DNA from: an uncultured virus (IMG/VR IMGVR_UViG_3300021958_009066)
Lineage: Duplodnaviria > Heunggongvirae > Uroviricota > Caudoviricetes
DNA length: 61,225 nucleotides
IMG/VR virus record: IMGVR_UViG_3300021958_009066
Reading direction: 5' to 3' (one strand)
Shown here in pieces: positions 38,313 through 47,438 of the stretch. The position numbers and the translations under genes are program-made. Below the pieces are notes generated by a model. The model made no database searches. It saw nothing but the letters and a program-made list of their open reading frames with translations, and was not told the origin of the DNA. Within the stretch, counting starts at the first letter, position 1, and every line of letters begins with the position of its first letter.

Positions 38313-41269
38313 AACATTTTAAAAAGACAAAAAAACTTGTGGAAGGTAAATCTTTCGACCGTCAAGAGCGTGAGAAAATAAATGATATCACTAGCGATCT
38401 TAATGATCAACAACGAGAAAAAGAAAGTGAGAATCAACTCAAACCCAGTGGTGAACAAGGTGATCAACAAATACGCGCCCCTATCAATCCAGATGGTAGT
38501 CCTATATCGATAGATGATATAAAAGATAGACAACCTGAAAAAGGTATAGAAGGTATCGGTGGTACACCACCGTCCAGTATAGGTATTGGTACTCATGGTA
38601 ATAAAAAACGTAGTGGTATATTCAGCAAGTTGTACCGAGGTGCAAGCACCTTAGACTCTCTGTCACAAGTCATGAAAAAAGGCGCTCCTGTGTTACCGGT
38701 TGCGGAAGATTTGTATGAAGATGAAGAAGGTAAATTGAGAAGGTTTGGTAAAATAACTACAGGTATATCGGGTAGCAATCCTTATTATTTTGAGTTTGAT
38801 CATTATGATAAAGGTAGTGACCAAAACCTAGTATTATACGGTATAGCTCCTGGTAGCAACACACCTGGTGCTGATTTACAACCTATACAACTCAAAGTGA
38901 AGGCCATAGTACCACGAGACAAAATGGATGTACGACCCATGACTGCTCCAACTGACGCCAATGTACAATCCAATTTTGTTTCAGAGGTTAAATATACACC
39001 TCCACCTCTAAGCTCTTTAGGAGGGTCTCGTACTGGTGGTGGAAAAGGGAAAGGCGGTTCGAGTGGTACTGAAGTGGTTAGTGGTAAAGCAGGTGATAAT
39101 GCAGAAACTACTTCTTATGCTGTCGACGGTTTATCATACGATGGACAGGGTGGCGTTAGAGATGAAGGTTCCGGACGATTCGCACCAGGTAATCAAAGCG
39201 GTGTTCATTTTGCTAAAGGGGGTAATGCCGAAAAGAATGAAATTGAAGCAGTTACTAATAACGCTGTAGCAGTTATCGGTAAACAAGTACCATCTTTGAA
39301 AGAAGTAATGAGAGGAGGAAGCTCGTTTGGTTATAGCTCTAGCAGCGACGATGGTGACGATAGCGGTGGTGGCAGCAGCGGCGGCGGTGGCTGGTACGGC
39401 GGCAGCGGCGGTGGCGGTGGGTTCACAACTATACGTAGACAATACCGACCCAATCACAAAAAACGAGATAGTGATCAGGTAAACATACCTAAAAATTTGT
39501 GGTATCATCCAGCTATCCAAAGCATGATAAAACGTATGATCGCTACGGACAAAGGTAAAAAACGTATAAAAATCGGGAGTTATTATGGTATGCTTGTTAG
39601 ATCTGACCCTGGTGACGGAGATAGTCGCTTGAAATTAGTAAGAAAGATACCTAGATCACACATACCTAAAGTATTTTTAGATGACGATTTTATAGCTGAA
39701 ATATTAGAGATTGTTCCAATACCTCCAAATTTAGGTGGTCCTGGAATCGCAGCAGCCGCTGTACCGGCATTAGGTTATGTAGTATCACAAACAACTGGAT
39801 TGTCTTTGAATGCTAGCAAAGGATCCGCCATGGCTGCCATAGCTCAAACAGGTGAACGGTTAAATATCACCGGCAAACCATCTCCTCTGGAATTACCAGG
39901 ACGCGCTAGTGGTGGAAACGAAATATCAATATCACCACCAAGCACAACACCTATAGGTTTACCTCTCAAGGAAAATAAAAAATTGAGCTCGTTGATACAG
40001 GGTGTTGAATTGAATGAAAATTTCGCTGAATGGTTAGGCTCAGCAGTCGGGTCAGGGGTCAAAATCACACGAGACATGGCCGAAAAAACCAAACAAGCCA
40101 TAAAATCTGCTGTGTCCGGTTTTGAAAAATCCAGTGGAGTCAAGCTGAACAAAATAGATTATCAAAACATATTGAGCGGTATCGCGTATGACATCAAACA
40201 TCCCATGGGAGGTGATTATGAACAACCTGAATGGAGCGGAGACATCAAAGGTGGTCCAGATGATGTGGACTTGGATCCAGACAACAATGTAGATTTTGTA
40301 GGTGGTGGGCGACCAGACCCAGAAGGACGTCCAGAAGAACCAACACCTGAACCAACACCGGGAACAACACCAGAACCAACACCAGAACCAGAAGGGGAAC
40401 CAAAAGAGCCGTTGAGAAAATATCCTAAAACCCCGGCTGAGAGACACAAAGACACTATAGATTGGGCAAGGTCTTTCAAGTATGTAAGAGAACCAGTAGA
40501 CCGGTGGGGTATCCCATTTCCAGATGAAACCATTGAGCAACTCGAGAGTCTTGACATACAAGCCATAGAGTTTGAAAAAAGTGTGACCAAAGAGATGGTG
40601 ATACAAGAACTTATCGATGCCTGGCATGCTGCAAAAGAGAAACCGACAACAAAAGTCATGCTACAGGGAACTGAATACGTACCGTATGAAGATGCAGTAA
40701 AAGCACGAGAAGTGGAGTATAGTTTTAAAGATCCTGCGCCACACTTCCAAGCCGAACGGGAAGCAGATTTCCAGAAAAAACACCAAGAGTTGAATCAATT
40801 CTGGGACGATAGAAACACATACACACGTAAAAGTCCATTTGCTGACCATGGGAGCTACGGTTATCAGTATAGAGAGAAGCATATGGAATTCAATCGCGAC
40901 ACACCTGAAGGTGCTGAATGGCAAGAAAACTATTTGAAGTATATAAAAGGTGAAATTTTAAAAACTAAAACATTAGAATTATTCCCAGAATACAAACCCA
41001 CCGTGAAAGAGGGTGGTGTGCTACAACAACTCGCGAACATGGTATGGGAACAAAACAAAGTGAATATCCTGGCTCCAGATTATAAACTCAACATGAATCA
41101 TTTCGATCCCCAACCTGATTCAAACATGTATGATTTCTCAGATATTGACGACACCGGGAAATTGATTCCGAAAACCAAAATACACAACAGACGTAACAGA
41201 CGTCGTGATGGTTTGAAGACATTTAAGGAATCTTTTGATAGTATAAGAAAACTTGTGACTGGTAATTGA
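38309..41269 (+). CDS. Large multi-segment hypothetical protein, probably virion-associated
   Basis: 986 aa with G/S tracts and PEPT repeats. Confidence 0.65.
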   Translation: MKHFKKTKKLVEGKSFDRQEREKINDITSDLNDQQREKESENQLKPSGEQGDQQIRAPINPDGSPISIDDIKDRQPEKGIEGIGGTPPSSIGIGTHGNKKRSGIFSKLYRGASTLDSLSQVMKKGAPVLPVAEDLYEDEEGKLRRFGKITTGISGSNPYYFEFDHYDKGSDQNLVLYGIAPGSNTPGADLQPIQLKVKAIVPRDKMDVRPMTAPTDANVQSNFVSEVKYTPPPLSSLGGSRTGGGKGKGGSSGTEVVSGKAGDNAETTSYAVDGLSYDGQGGVRDEGSGRFAPGNQSGVHFAKGGNAEKNEIEAVTNNAVAVIGKQVPSLKEVMRGGSSFGYSSSSDDGDDSGGGSSGGGGWYGGSGGGGGFTTIRRQYRPNHKKRDSDQVNIPKNLWYHPAIQSMIKRMIATDKGKKRIKIGSYYGMLVRSDPGDGDSRLKLVRKIPRSHIPKVFLDDDFIAEILEIVPIPPNLGGPGIAAAAVPALGYVVSQTTGLSLNASKGSAMAAIAQTGERLNITGKPSPLELPGRASGGNEISISPPSTTPIGLPLKENKKLSSLIQGVELNENFAEWLGSAVGSGVKITRDMAEKTKQAIKSAVSGFEKSSGVKLNKIDYQNILSGIAYDIKHPMGGDYEQPEWSGDIKGGPDDVDLDPDNNVDFVGGGRPDPEGRPEEPTPEPTPGTTPEPTPEPEGEPKEPLRKYPKTPAERHKDTIDWARSFKYVREPVDRWGIPFPDETIEQLESLDIQAIEFEKSVTKEMVIQELIDAWHAAKEKPTTKVMLQGTEYVPYEDAVKAREVEYSFKDPAPHFQAEREADFQKKHQELNQFWDDRNTYTRKSPFADHGSYGYQYREKHMEFNRDTPEGAEWQENYLKYIKGEILKTKTLELFPEYKPTVKEGGVLQQLANMVWEQNKVNILAPDYKLNMNHFDPQPDSNMYDFSDIDDTGKLIPKTKIHNRRNRRRDGLKTFKESFDSIRKLVTGN

Positions 41270-41294
41270 CTTTCACGTCAATCTATATTATAAT
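41266..41294 (+). promoter_or_regulatory. Sigma70-type promoter of queD-queE
   Basis: TTGACT-N17-TATAAT-N6-ATG. Confidence 0.82.
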
Positions 41295-41300
41295 GTATAT

Positions 41301-41975
41301 ATGCATTATAGTACCAAGATAATTGAATTAGGTAGCTGTGCGTTCAGACAACCAAAAGCCAAAAGCCATTGTAGATTTGTACATGGTTATCGATTGACCG
41401 CTAAATTTTGGTTCGCAGCTAACGAACTAGACGAGAACAACTGGGTAGTAGACTTTGGAGGTCTCAAAGAACTTAAAACTTTACTACATAATCAATTTGA
41501 TCACACCACATGTATTTCCGCAACAGACCCGAAACTAGATGAATTCAAACGTCTAGAGCAAGCCGGTGTATGTGATTTGAGAATCATGGATGATGGGGTG
41601 GGTATCGAAAAATTTGCTGAATGGTGTCATGCTGCAGCAGACAATTTTGTAGGTGTGATAACCAAATTGAGATGTCGATGTGTACGTGTAGAAGTGTTCG
41701 AACATGAAAACAATTCAGCAATATATGAATCATATCCAGAGCAAAAATCACAATCAACATCTGAACCGAGGGAAGAACCGGTTCAAGAGGAAGAGGTTAA
41801 ACAAGCAGAAAAAAATCACTCTACAATCGAAGGTGTAATCAGACAGTCAACAGATAATCCATTACCAAAAGATGATGGAGAAGTAATTAACGAGAGAACC
41901 GGACAACGGAAAATTGAGGGTAAATGGGTTGATCCAAAATATGCCGGGAAGACAAAAAACACTTGGTTATTCTAA
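41301..41975 (+). CDS. queD: 6-carboxytetrahydropterin synthase with C-terminal extension
   Basis: HCRFVHGY, WVVDFG, FDH, VEVFEHENNSA. Confidence 0.9.
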   Translation: MHYSTKIIELGSCAFRQPKAKSHCRFVHGYRLTAKFWFAANELDENNWVVDFGGLKELKTLLHNQFDHTTCISATDPKLDEFKRLEQAGVCDLRIMDDGVGIEKFAEWCHAAADNFVGVITKLRCRCVRVEVFEHENNSAIYESYPEQKSQSTSEPREEPVQEEEVKQAEKNHSTIEGVIRQSTDNPLPKDDGEVINERTGQRKIEGKWVDPKYAGKTKNTWLF

Positions 41976-41977
41976 TT

Positions 41978-42754
41978 ATGAAAATTGAAACATTAAACAT
42001 AGCAGAGGATTTTTATAGTGTACAAGGTGAAGGTAACACCAGTGGTGTACCAGCATACTTTATCAGACTCAAAGCATGTAACTTGATGTGCGGAGGACCG
42101 GACGGTAGTTTGATGAAAGAAGGCAAAGCCACCTGGTGGTGTGACACGGAGTATGTATGGCGCAAAGGTCTAGAGAAACCATTTCAATATCTCGTTGATA
42201 GATGGAAAGAAGAAAATGTATATGACTGGATTAGACAAGGCCGTGTCAACTTGATCTGGACCGGTGGAGAACCGTCCATTCCTAAAAACCAGCGCGCGAT
42301 AATCAATTTCTTGGACTGGTTTTACGAAAATCACTGTGCTGACAAATGGGAAGCTCAATCAATTTATAATGAAATAGAAACAAACGGTACAATCTATTTA
42401 GAAGATGGTTTGTTTGATAAACTGAAACAGATCAATTGTTCAGTCAAACTTGAGAACAGCGGCATGAGTAAAGATCGACGCATCGTTACTGAAGCGTTGG
42501 AGCGAATCATGCAACATCCAAACTATTGGTTTAAATTTGTTATCAGTACAGAAGAGTGTTTGAAAGAAATTGAACGTGATTTTATTGAACCATTTAATAT
42601 ACCCCCTAAACGTGTGTTGATGATGCCCGGTTTAGATAAACAAGAAAATTATCATGAACGTACCAAGTTTTGTATGGAGATGGGTAAGAAATATGGTTAT
42701 ACTGGCTTGACAAGATTGCATGTTAGTGCTTGGGATCAAACAACAGGAGTATAA
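41978..42754 (+). CDS. queE: 7-carboxy-7-deazaguanine synthase (radical SAM)
   Basis: FYSVQGEG, FIRLKACNL, CDT, TGGEP, EIETNGT, RLHV. Confidence 0.93.
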   Translation: MKIETLNIAEDFYSVQGEGNTSGVPAYFIRLKACNLMCGGPDGSLMKEGKATWWCDTEYVWRKGLEKPFQYLVDRWKEENVYDWIRQGRVNLIWTGGEPSIPKNQRAIINFLDWFYENHCADKWEAQSIYNEIETNGTIYLEDGLFDKLKQINCSVKLENSGMSKDRRIVTEALERIMQHPNYWFKFVISTEECLKEIERDFIEPFNIPPKRVLMMPGLDKQENYHERTKFCMEMGKKYGYTGLTRLHVSAWDQTTGV

Positions 42755-42762
42755 ATAATTAC

Positions 42763-42951
42763 ATGACAATGTTAAGACGTTTAAATGGTGGAGTAGTACT
42801 CTGTTGTGGTAAAGCTAAATGCCCGGTTGTTAATTTAGAAAATGAAAAACAACTCTCGATCACTGATGATGATGGTAACAAGGTGAAAATGGATATTGAT
42901 CAAGCCAAGTTACTCACACAAGCGATTGAACAACTAGAACAAGACAAGTGA
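42763..42951 (+). CDS. Small Cys-containing late protein
   Basis: TATAAATA 42750-42757; LCCGKAKCP, ITDDDG. Confidence 0.6.
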   Translation: MTMLRRLNGGVVLCCGKAKCPVVNLENEKQLSITDDDGNKVKMDIDQAKLLTQAIEQLEQDK

Positions 42952-43253
42952 TCCCGTACTGGTTGCAGCTGATTGCTGGAACTGGTGTAACTGCCATAAT
43001 TGTGTATGGTAGTATATTTAATATACCTAGAAATTGGTTGAAATCAAAATCTTGCGTATTAAAAGAGTTCTTAAGTTGCAGTTTGTGTGTAGGCTTCTGG
43101 AGTGGTTTTGTTTTGAGCCATTTCATCAATGATACTGTCATACAGCATGGTGTGATAGGTTTTGCAACATCTGCTACGAGCTGGTTATACGATAGTGTAG
43201 TAGGTTCTAATCAAGCTAGAGAGGTTTACTTAAATAAAAAGATAAAAATGTAA
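42948..43253 (+). CDS. Membrane protein, DUF1360-like
   Basis: LSCSLCVGFW plus hydrophobic helices. Confidence 0.65.
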   Translation: MIPYWLQLIAGTGVTAIIVYGSIFNIPRNWLKSKSCVLKEFLSCSLCVGFWSGFVLSHFINDTVIQHGVIGFATSATSWLYDSVVGSNQAREVYLNKKIKM

Positions 43254-43292
43254 TTCGATTGAAAAAAATTTTTTTTTAAATAAGTATTCAAA

Positions 43293-44270
43293 ATGAATAT
43301 CTTGATAACAGGAGCAGGCGGCTTCATTGCTGGTCATTTATGCAAGCAACTAATTAATGAAGGTCATAATGTATGTGCCGTTGATATAAAAAAGAAGTCA
43401 AACTGGTACCAATGGCATGAGCATGAAAATATAGTCAATCATGATCAGACAGATATGAGACTGAAAGAAGATTGCTACAAATATACAAAAAATATTGATA
43501 GGGTCTACAATCTAGCATGTAATATGGGAGGTATGGGTTTCATACAAAACAATCACGGATTATGTTTAGAAAGTGTGTTAATACAAACACATCTTGTGAT
43601 GGCATGTAGAGATAATAATGTAAGAGATATATTATATAGCTCTAGCGCTTGTGTTTATCCTGTTGAGAAACAAAGTGAAATACTAGATAAACAAGCACAA
43701 GGCCTCAAGGAACATACAGCAATCCCAGCGCACCCGGAGGATGGGTATGGGTGGGAAAAACTTTTTTCAGAAATAATCACACAATATTTTGAACAAGATT
43801 TTGGACTCAACCCTCGTATATGTAGATATCATAATGTATACGGACCGTACGGTACATATGATGGTGGCAGGGAAAAGGCCCCGGCTGCTATTTGTCGGAA
43901 AGTCATACAAGCTAAATTAACAGGGAAACATGAGATAGAAATATGGGGTGACGGTTTACAGACACGTTCCTTTATGTATATTGATGATTGCTTGACAGGT
44001 ATGGATAAATTATGGGAAAGTAATTACACCAAACCAATAAACCTAGGAAGTGATCAAATGGTCTCAATTAATCAACTAGTTGATATAGTGGAAGATATTG
44101 CTGGGTTAAAACTTAAACGTAATTATAATTTAAATGCTCCTCAAGGGGTCCGTGGTCGAAATAGTGACAATACTCTCATCAAAAAGGAACTAGGATGGGC
44201 ACCGAGTATTAAATTAGAAGTAGGTTTAGAAAAAACATACAAGTGGATCTGGGACCAGATGAATAAATAA
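43293..44270 (+). CDS. NAD-dependent epimerase, GDP-mannose 3,5-epimerase-like
   Basis: GAGGFIA, MGGMGFI, SSACVYP, YGWEK, GGREKAPAAICRK, GVRGRNSDN. Confidence 0.9.
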   Translation: MNILITGAGGFIAGHLCKQLINEGHNVCAVDIKKKSNWYQWHEHENIVNHDQTDMRLKEDCYKYTKNIDRVYNLACNMGGMGFIQNNHGLCLESVLIQTHLVMACRDNNVRDILYSSSACVYPVEKQSEILDKQAQGLKEHTAIPAHPEDGYGWEKLFSEIITQYFEQDFGLNPRICRYHNVYGPYGTYDGGREKAPAAICRKVIQAKLTGKHEIEIWGDGLQTRSFMYIDDCLTGMDKLWESNYTKPINLGSDQMVSINQLVDIVEDIAGLKLKRNYNLNAPQGVRGRNSDNTLIKKELGWAPSIKLEVGLEKTYKWIWDQMNK

Positions 44271-44274
44271 CTAT

Positions 44275-44652
44275 GTGAACAGCTTCAAACAATTTGTTAC
44301 TCTATATGAAAAAAGAGACACTATTGACAAATTCGTAAAGTTTTGTAACCATGGGTTAGACATACAGAGCCCTTGTGAAATTGGTTTTGTTGATGAACCT
44401 GAACATGGTATGACAACTGGGTGTTTCAGCCCGGTAACCCGTGAGATCAAAGTGTTAACAAAAGGACGTGCACTAGTTGATATACTCAGAAGCATTGCTC
44501 ATGAGCTAGTACACGCTAAGCAACACGAAGAAGGAAGACTGGAACCGGGAAGTGGTGATGATGGTAGTCCTATAGAGAACGAAGCCAACTCTTTAGCTGG
44601 TGTCATAATGAGAAAATTTCAACGAGAAAACAGAGACATATATGACAACTAA
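44275..44652 (+). CDS. Small zincin-like (HExxH) protein
   Basis: RSIAHELVHAKQ...ENEAN. Confidence 0.75.
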   Translation: MNSFKQFVTLYEKRDTIDKFVKFCNHGLDIQSPCEIGFVDEPEHGMTTGCFSPVTREIKVLTKGRALVDILRSIAHELVHAKQHEEGRLEPGSGDDGSPIENEANSLAGVIMRKFQRENRDIYDN

Positions 44653-44767
44653 ACAAAAAAGTGTATTAATAAAAGTCAAAGAATTACCACCGAGTTTAGC
44701 CTTCCGCGTATGGATCCGTAAGCACATACCCAAAGGTGTTAAAATATTATTCACTACAGACAGTTGA
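44642..44767 (+). CDS. 41-aa hypothetical protein (absent from ORF track)
   Basis: MTTKQKSVLIKVKELPPSLAFRVWIRKHIPKGVKILFTTDS fills the gap. Confidence 0.45.
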   Translation: MTTKQKSVLIKVKELPPSLAFRVWIRKHIPKGVKILFTTDS

Positions 44768-44797
44768 TTTACAGCTGCTAGATGATATAATATTACT

Positions 44798-45484
44798 ATG
44801 AGAGTAGCAGTAATGGGCACAGCATGTGTCGGTAAGAGTACCTTTGTGAATGATTTCTTAAAAAACTGGGCAGGTGTGTACAGTCAACCAGAAAAAACAT
44901 ATAGAGACTTGGTTAAAGAGAAAAAATTAGCACACAGTAAAGAAACCTCGAAAGAGACACAACAATCAATATTAGATTTTATGGTCGATCAGCATATGTC
45001 ATACACTAAAACTGACAATGTGATATTCGATAGATGTCCTGTAGACAACCTTGTTTACTCTATACATGCATATGATAAAGGGGAGACAGATATAGATGAA
45101 GACTTCATTGGTAGTTGTATACCTGTAGTGAAAGAAAGCATGCGATTTGTTGATTTGTTGTTTTATATACCTCGTGACAAAACTATACCGATTGAAGAAG
45201 ATGGCTTCAGAGAAACAAACGAGCAGTATATTGACGAAATAGATAATCTATTCAAACAAGTTGAAGCATATTCACATCAAGATGGTAGTATATTTTTTCA
45301 TAATGATGATAAACCTCCGGTAATTCCAATAACCGGTGATCCACGAGAGAGAATAAGACAAGCTAGTATGTACATAACAGATGGCGGTCAAGAGTATGGA
45401 GAAGGTGAAAGCGAGATCGATTGGGAGGAACTCGCTAAATTTGGTATTGAACCTCGGGATGTTTTTCCGGGAGGAAAGCTGTAG
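44798..45484 (+). CDS. P-loop nucleotide kinase-like (AAA_28/dNMP kinase type)
   Basis: GTACVGKST, FDRCPVD, EEDGFR; TTGATT-N16-TATAAT-N6-ATG upstream. Confidence 0.75.
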   Translation: MRVAVMGTACVGKSTFVNDFLKNWAGVYSQPEKTYRDLVKEKKLAHSKETSKETQQSILDFMVDQHMSYTKTDNVIFDRCPVDNLVYSIHAYDKGETDIDEDFIGSCIPVVKESMRFVDLLFYIPRDKTIPIEEDGFRETNEQYIDEIDNLFKQVEAYSHQDGSIFFHNDDKPPVIPITGDPRERIRQASMYITDGGQEYGEGESEIDWEELAKFGIEPRDVFPGGKL

Positions 45485-45503
45485 TTTGTATAAATAACTA
45501 CAG

Positions 45504-45716
45504 ATGGACAATTTTAAAAAAAATATAGACAGTTTGTACGAAGAAAATATGAACAGTATAAAAACTGTTCGTAGACAATTTTATCCTAGAAACTTTGAAC
45601 TCAGTCAAGAGTTTGTAGATGCATTCAAAGCAGAATACAAAAGATTGTTAGAAGGTGGTCAACGACCTAAAGCTTTGCTCGAAAAAATGAACAAGGCTTT
45701 AAAGTTTCATATATAA
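45504..45716 (+). CDS. Small late protein
   Basis: TATAAATA 45489-45496; MDNFKKNIDSLYEE. Confidence 0.6.
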   Translation: MDNFKKNIDSLYEENMNSIKTVRRQFYPRNFELSQEFVDAFKAEYKRLLEGGQRPKALLEKMNKALKFHI

Positions 45717-45738
45717 AATTGAACTAATATATTTCTTA

Positions 45739-46656
45739 TCAAACCCCGGAAATAACTCTTCCATTCAACCTGATAGGGAATTCATTATCAGTGAAAGCAG
45801 CACCACCTACACGCTTTACTGTCCATGTATGAGTAACGTTATCCATTGAAGCTGGTGCTGTAACATAACTAACTGTTACAAATTGCCCCGGGTTTGTATA
45901 TGGATTTTCTCCAGTCGCGTTAATATTTACAACATTAGTATACTCAATATTAAATTGTAAACTACCTCTATTAACAACATATCTACCAGGTATATTGAAA
46001 GAAAGTGTTGCAGAATCCGGATTGTTTTGATCAAACAATGCGCTCATCTCTGTTAAATTTACATCTATAGTTTCCTTAACAGTATCTAATATTACACCTA
46101 ACAAACCACCATCATTTGTAGAATTATTCGCGCTACCACCACCTGTGTAAACCAATCTATCACGCTGTGTTATATGACCGCCTAGGTCATGAGCCCCTAA
46201 TATTTGAGCACTCAAACTAGTCAATCTACTGTAAAAATCATCAAATATTATGGCACTCAAAGCCTTCATATTACCATCTAAACCTCTATCATCAGTAGAA
46301 ATAGGATCGGCCGGGTTAGATGCAATAAAATCTAATAAAACATTTTCAAAGTTTGAACCGTATAGCGCTTCTGTCAAAGCATCCATTCTTTCTGTTAATG
46401 TTGTATTGACAACGTACAACTTAGAAGCCGCATTAGCACCGGTTATGTCAAGATCAGATGATACAGCTGTTACCTGTGTGGACAGTGTTGTCATATTTGT
46501 CAATAGATCTGTTGCAAATGTAGTATTGTCTTGATCTATAACAAAATTATCAAACGCAAGCAACTGAGTACCGGCGGGTGATTCAATTAAAAAATAATCC
46601 CCACTTGTCATTGCATCAGTTTGAGGTAAGTCTTTTATGTTTCTTGTTTCTGCCAT
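45739..46656 (-). CDS. Putative fibre/structural protein
   Basis: IKDLP...GDYFLI N-terminus typical of fibre anchors, coiled coil, TATAAATA 46669-46676. Confidence 0.5.
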   Translation of the reverse strand: MAETRNIKDLPQTDAMTSGDYFLIESPAGTQLLAFDNFVIDQDNTTFATDLLTNMTTLSTQVTAVSSDLDITGANAASKLYVVNTTLTERMDALTEALYGSNFENVLLDFIASNPADPISTDDRGLDGNMKALSAIIFDDFYSRLTSLSAQILGAHDLGGHITQRDRLVYTGGGSANNSTNDGGLLGVILDTVKETIDVNLTEMSALFDQNNPDSATLSFNIPGRYVVNRGSLQFNIEYTNVVNINATGENPYTNPGQFVTVSYVTAPASMDNVTHTWTVKRVGGAAFTDNEFPIRLNGRVISGV

Positions 46657-46703
46657 ATCAATATAGATTATTTATACATAAACTAGTATTTGTAACATGT
46701 TCT

Positions 46704-47426
46704 CTATCTATCGATACTTCCTAATTTTTTAACAATCAACCGAAGAATCTCGCTCCGAACTATTTCTTCTTCACCAAACTCAAAATTAAAAATACCATTG
46801 TCTTCACTCTCTTGGTCGTTAAAACATTTCATAACAGGCCCAAAACCACTCTTTGTACCTATATCACGTTGTCGTGTATCACCGACAATAACATACTTCG
46901 AACCCTCTCCGAACCTCGTTAAAATTGTTGTAAGCTCGCTACTCGTCATATTCTGAGCTTCATCAACAATCACAAACGTATTATGAAACGTTAAACCACG
47001 TACATAATTTACAGGTATACATCGTATAAATTCTTTTCCCATCAACTCTTTACGTACCTGTACATCAATTAACTCATCTAACTTTTCAATCAACGGCATA
47101 CTCCATGGTAGAAATTTATCATCTACTTCCCCTGGTAAGCTACCCATTTTTTGACTAGCGCTCTCAACAACACTACGTATATACACTACATCCTCAATCA
47201 CATGCTTCTTTAATAAACACAGCGCACCGTAAACCGCTAAGTATGTTTTAGCAGTACCAGCTGGTCCATCGACAAACAACATTTTACTATCAGGTTTGAG
47301 CATCGTACCAACAAAACTCTTGTGACGGTCATTAGGTGTAAATTTATAATCTATTTTAAAATTTAGATCCCATGCTAAGGTTCCAATTTCATGCAATTTT
47401 GGTAGAGATTTCTTTCTAGACATCAT
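46704..47426 (-). CDS. phoH: PhoH family ATPase
   Basis: GPAGTAKT, LPGE, VRGLTF, DEAQN, LTRFGE, GD.RQ.D. Confidence 0.94.
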   Translation of the reverse strand: MMSRKKSLPKLHEIGTLAWDLNFKIDYKFTPNDRHKSFVGTMLKPDSKMLFVDGPAGTAKTYLAVYGALCLLKKHVIEDVVYIRSVVESASQKMGSLPGEVDDKFLPWSMPLIEKLDELIDVQVRKELMGKEFIRCIPVNYVRGLTFHNTFVIVDEAQNMTSSELTTILTRFGEGSKYVIVGDTRQRDIGTKSGFGPVMKCFNDQESEDNGIFNFEFGEEEIVRSEILRLIVKKLGSIDR

Positions 47427-47438
47427 AAGTAATTATTC

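Noticed and set aside
40052..40659. Long antisense ORFs inside the 986-aa gene (and similar shadow ORFs elsewhere)
   Set aside because: By-products of low-complexity coding on the opposite strand; no promoter or motif support.
43258..43282. A-tract/T-tract inverted repeat as terminator or origin
   Set aside because: No GC stem; explained by AT richness and the adjacent TAAATA motif.
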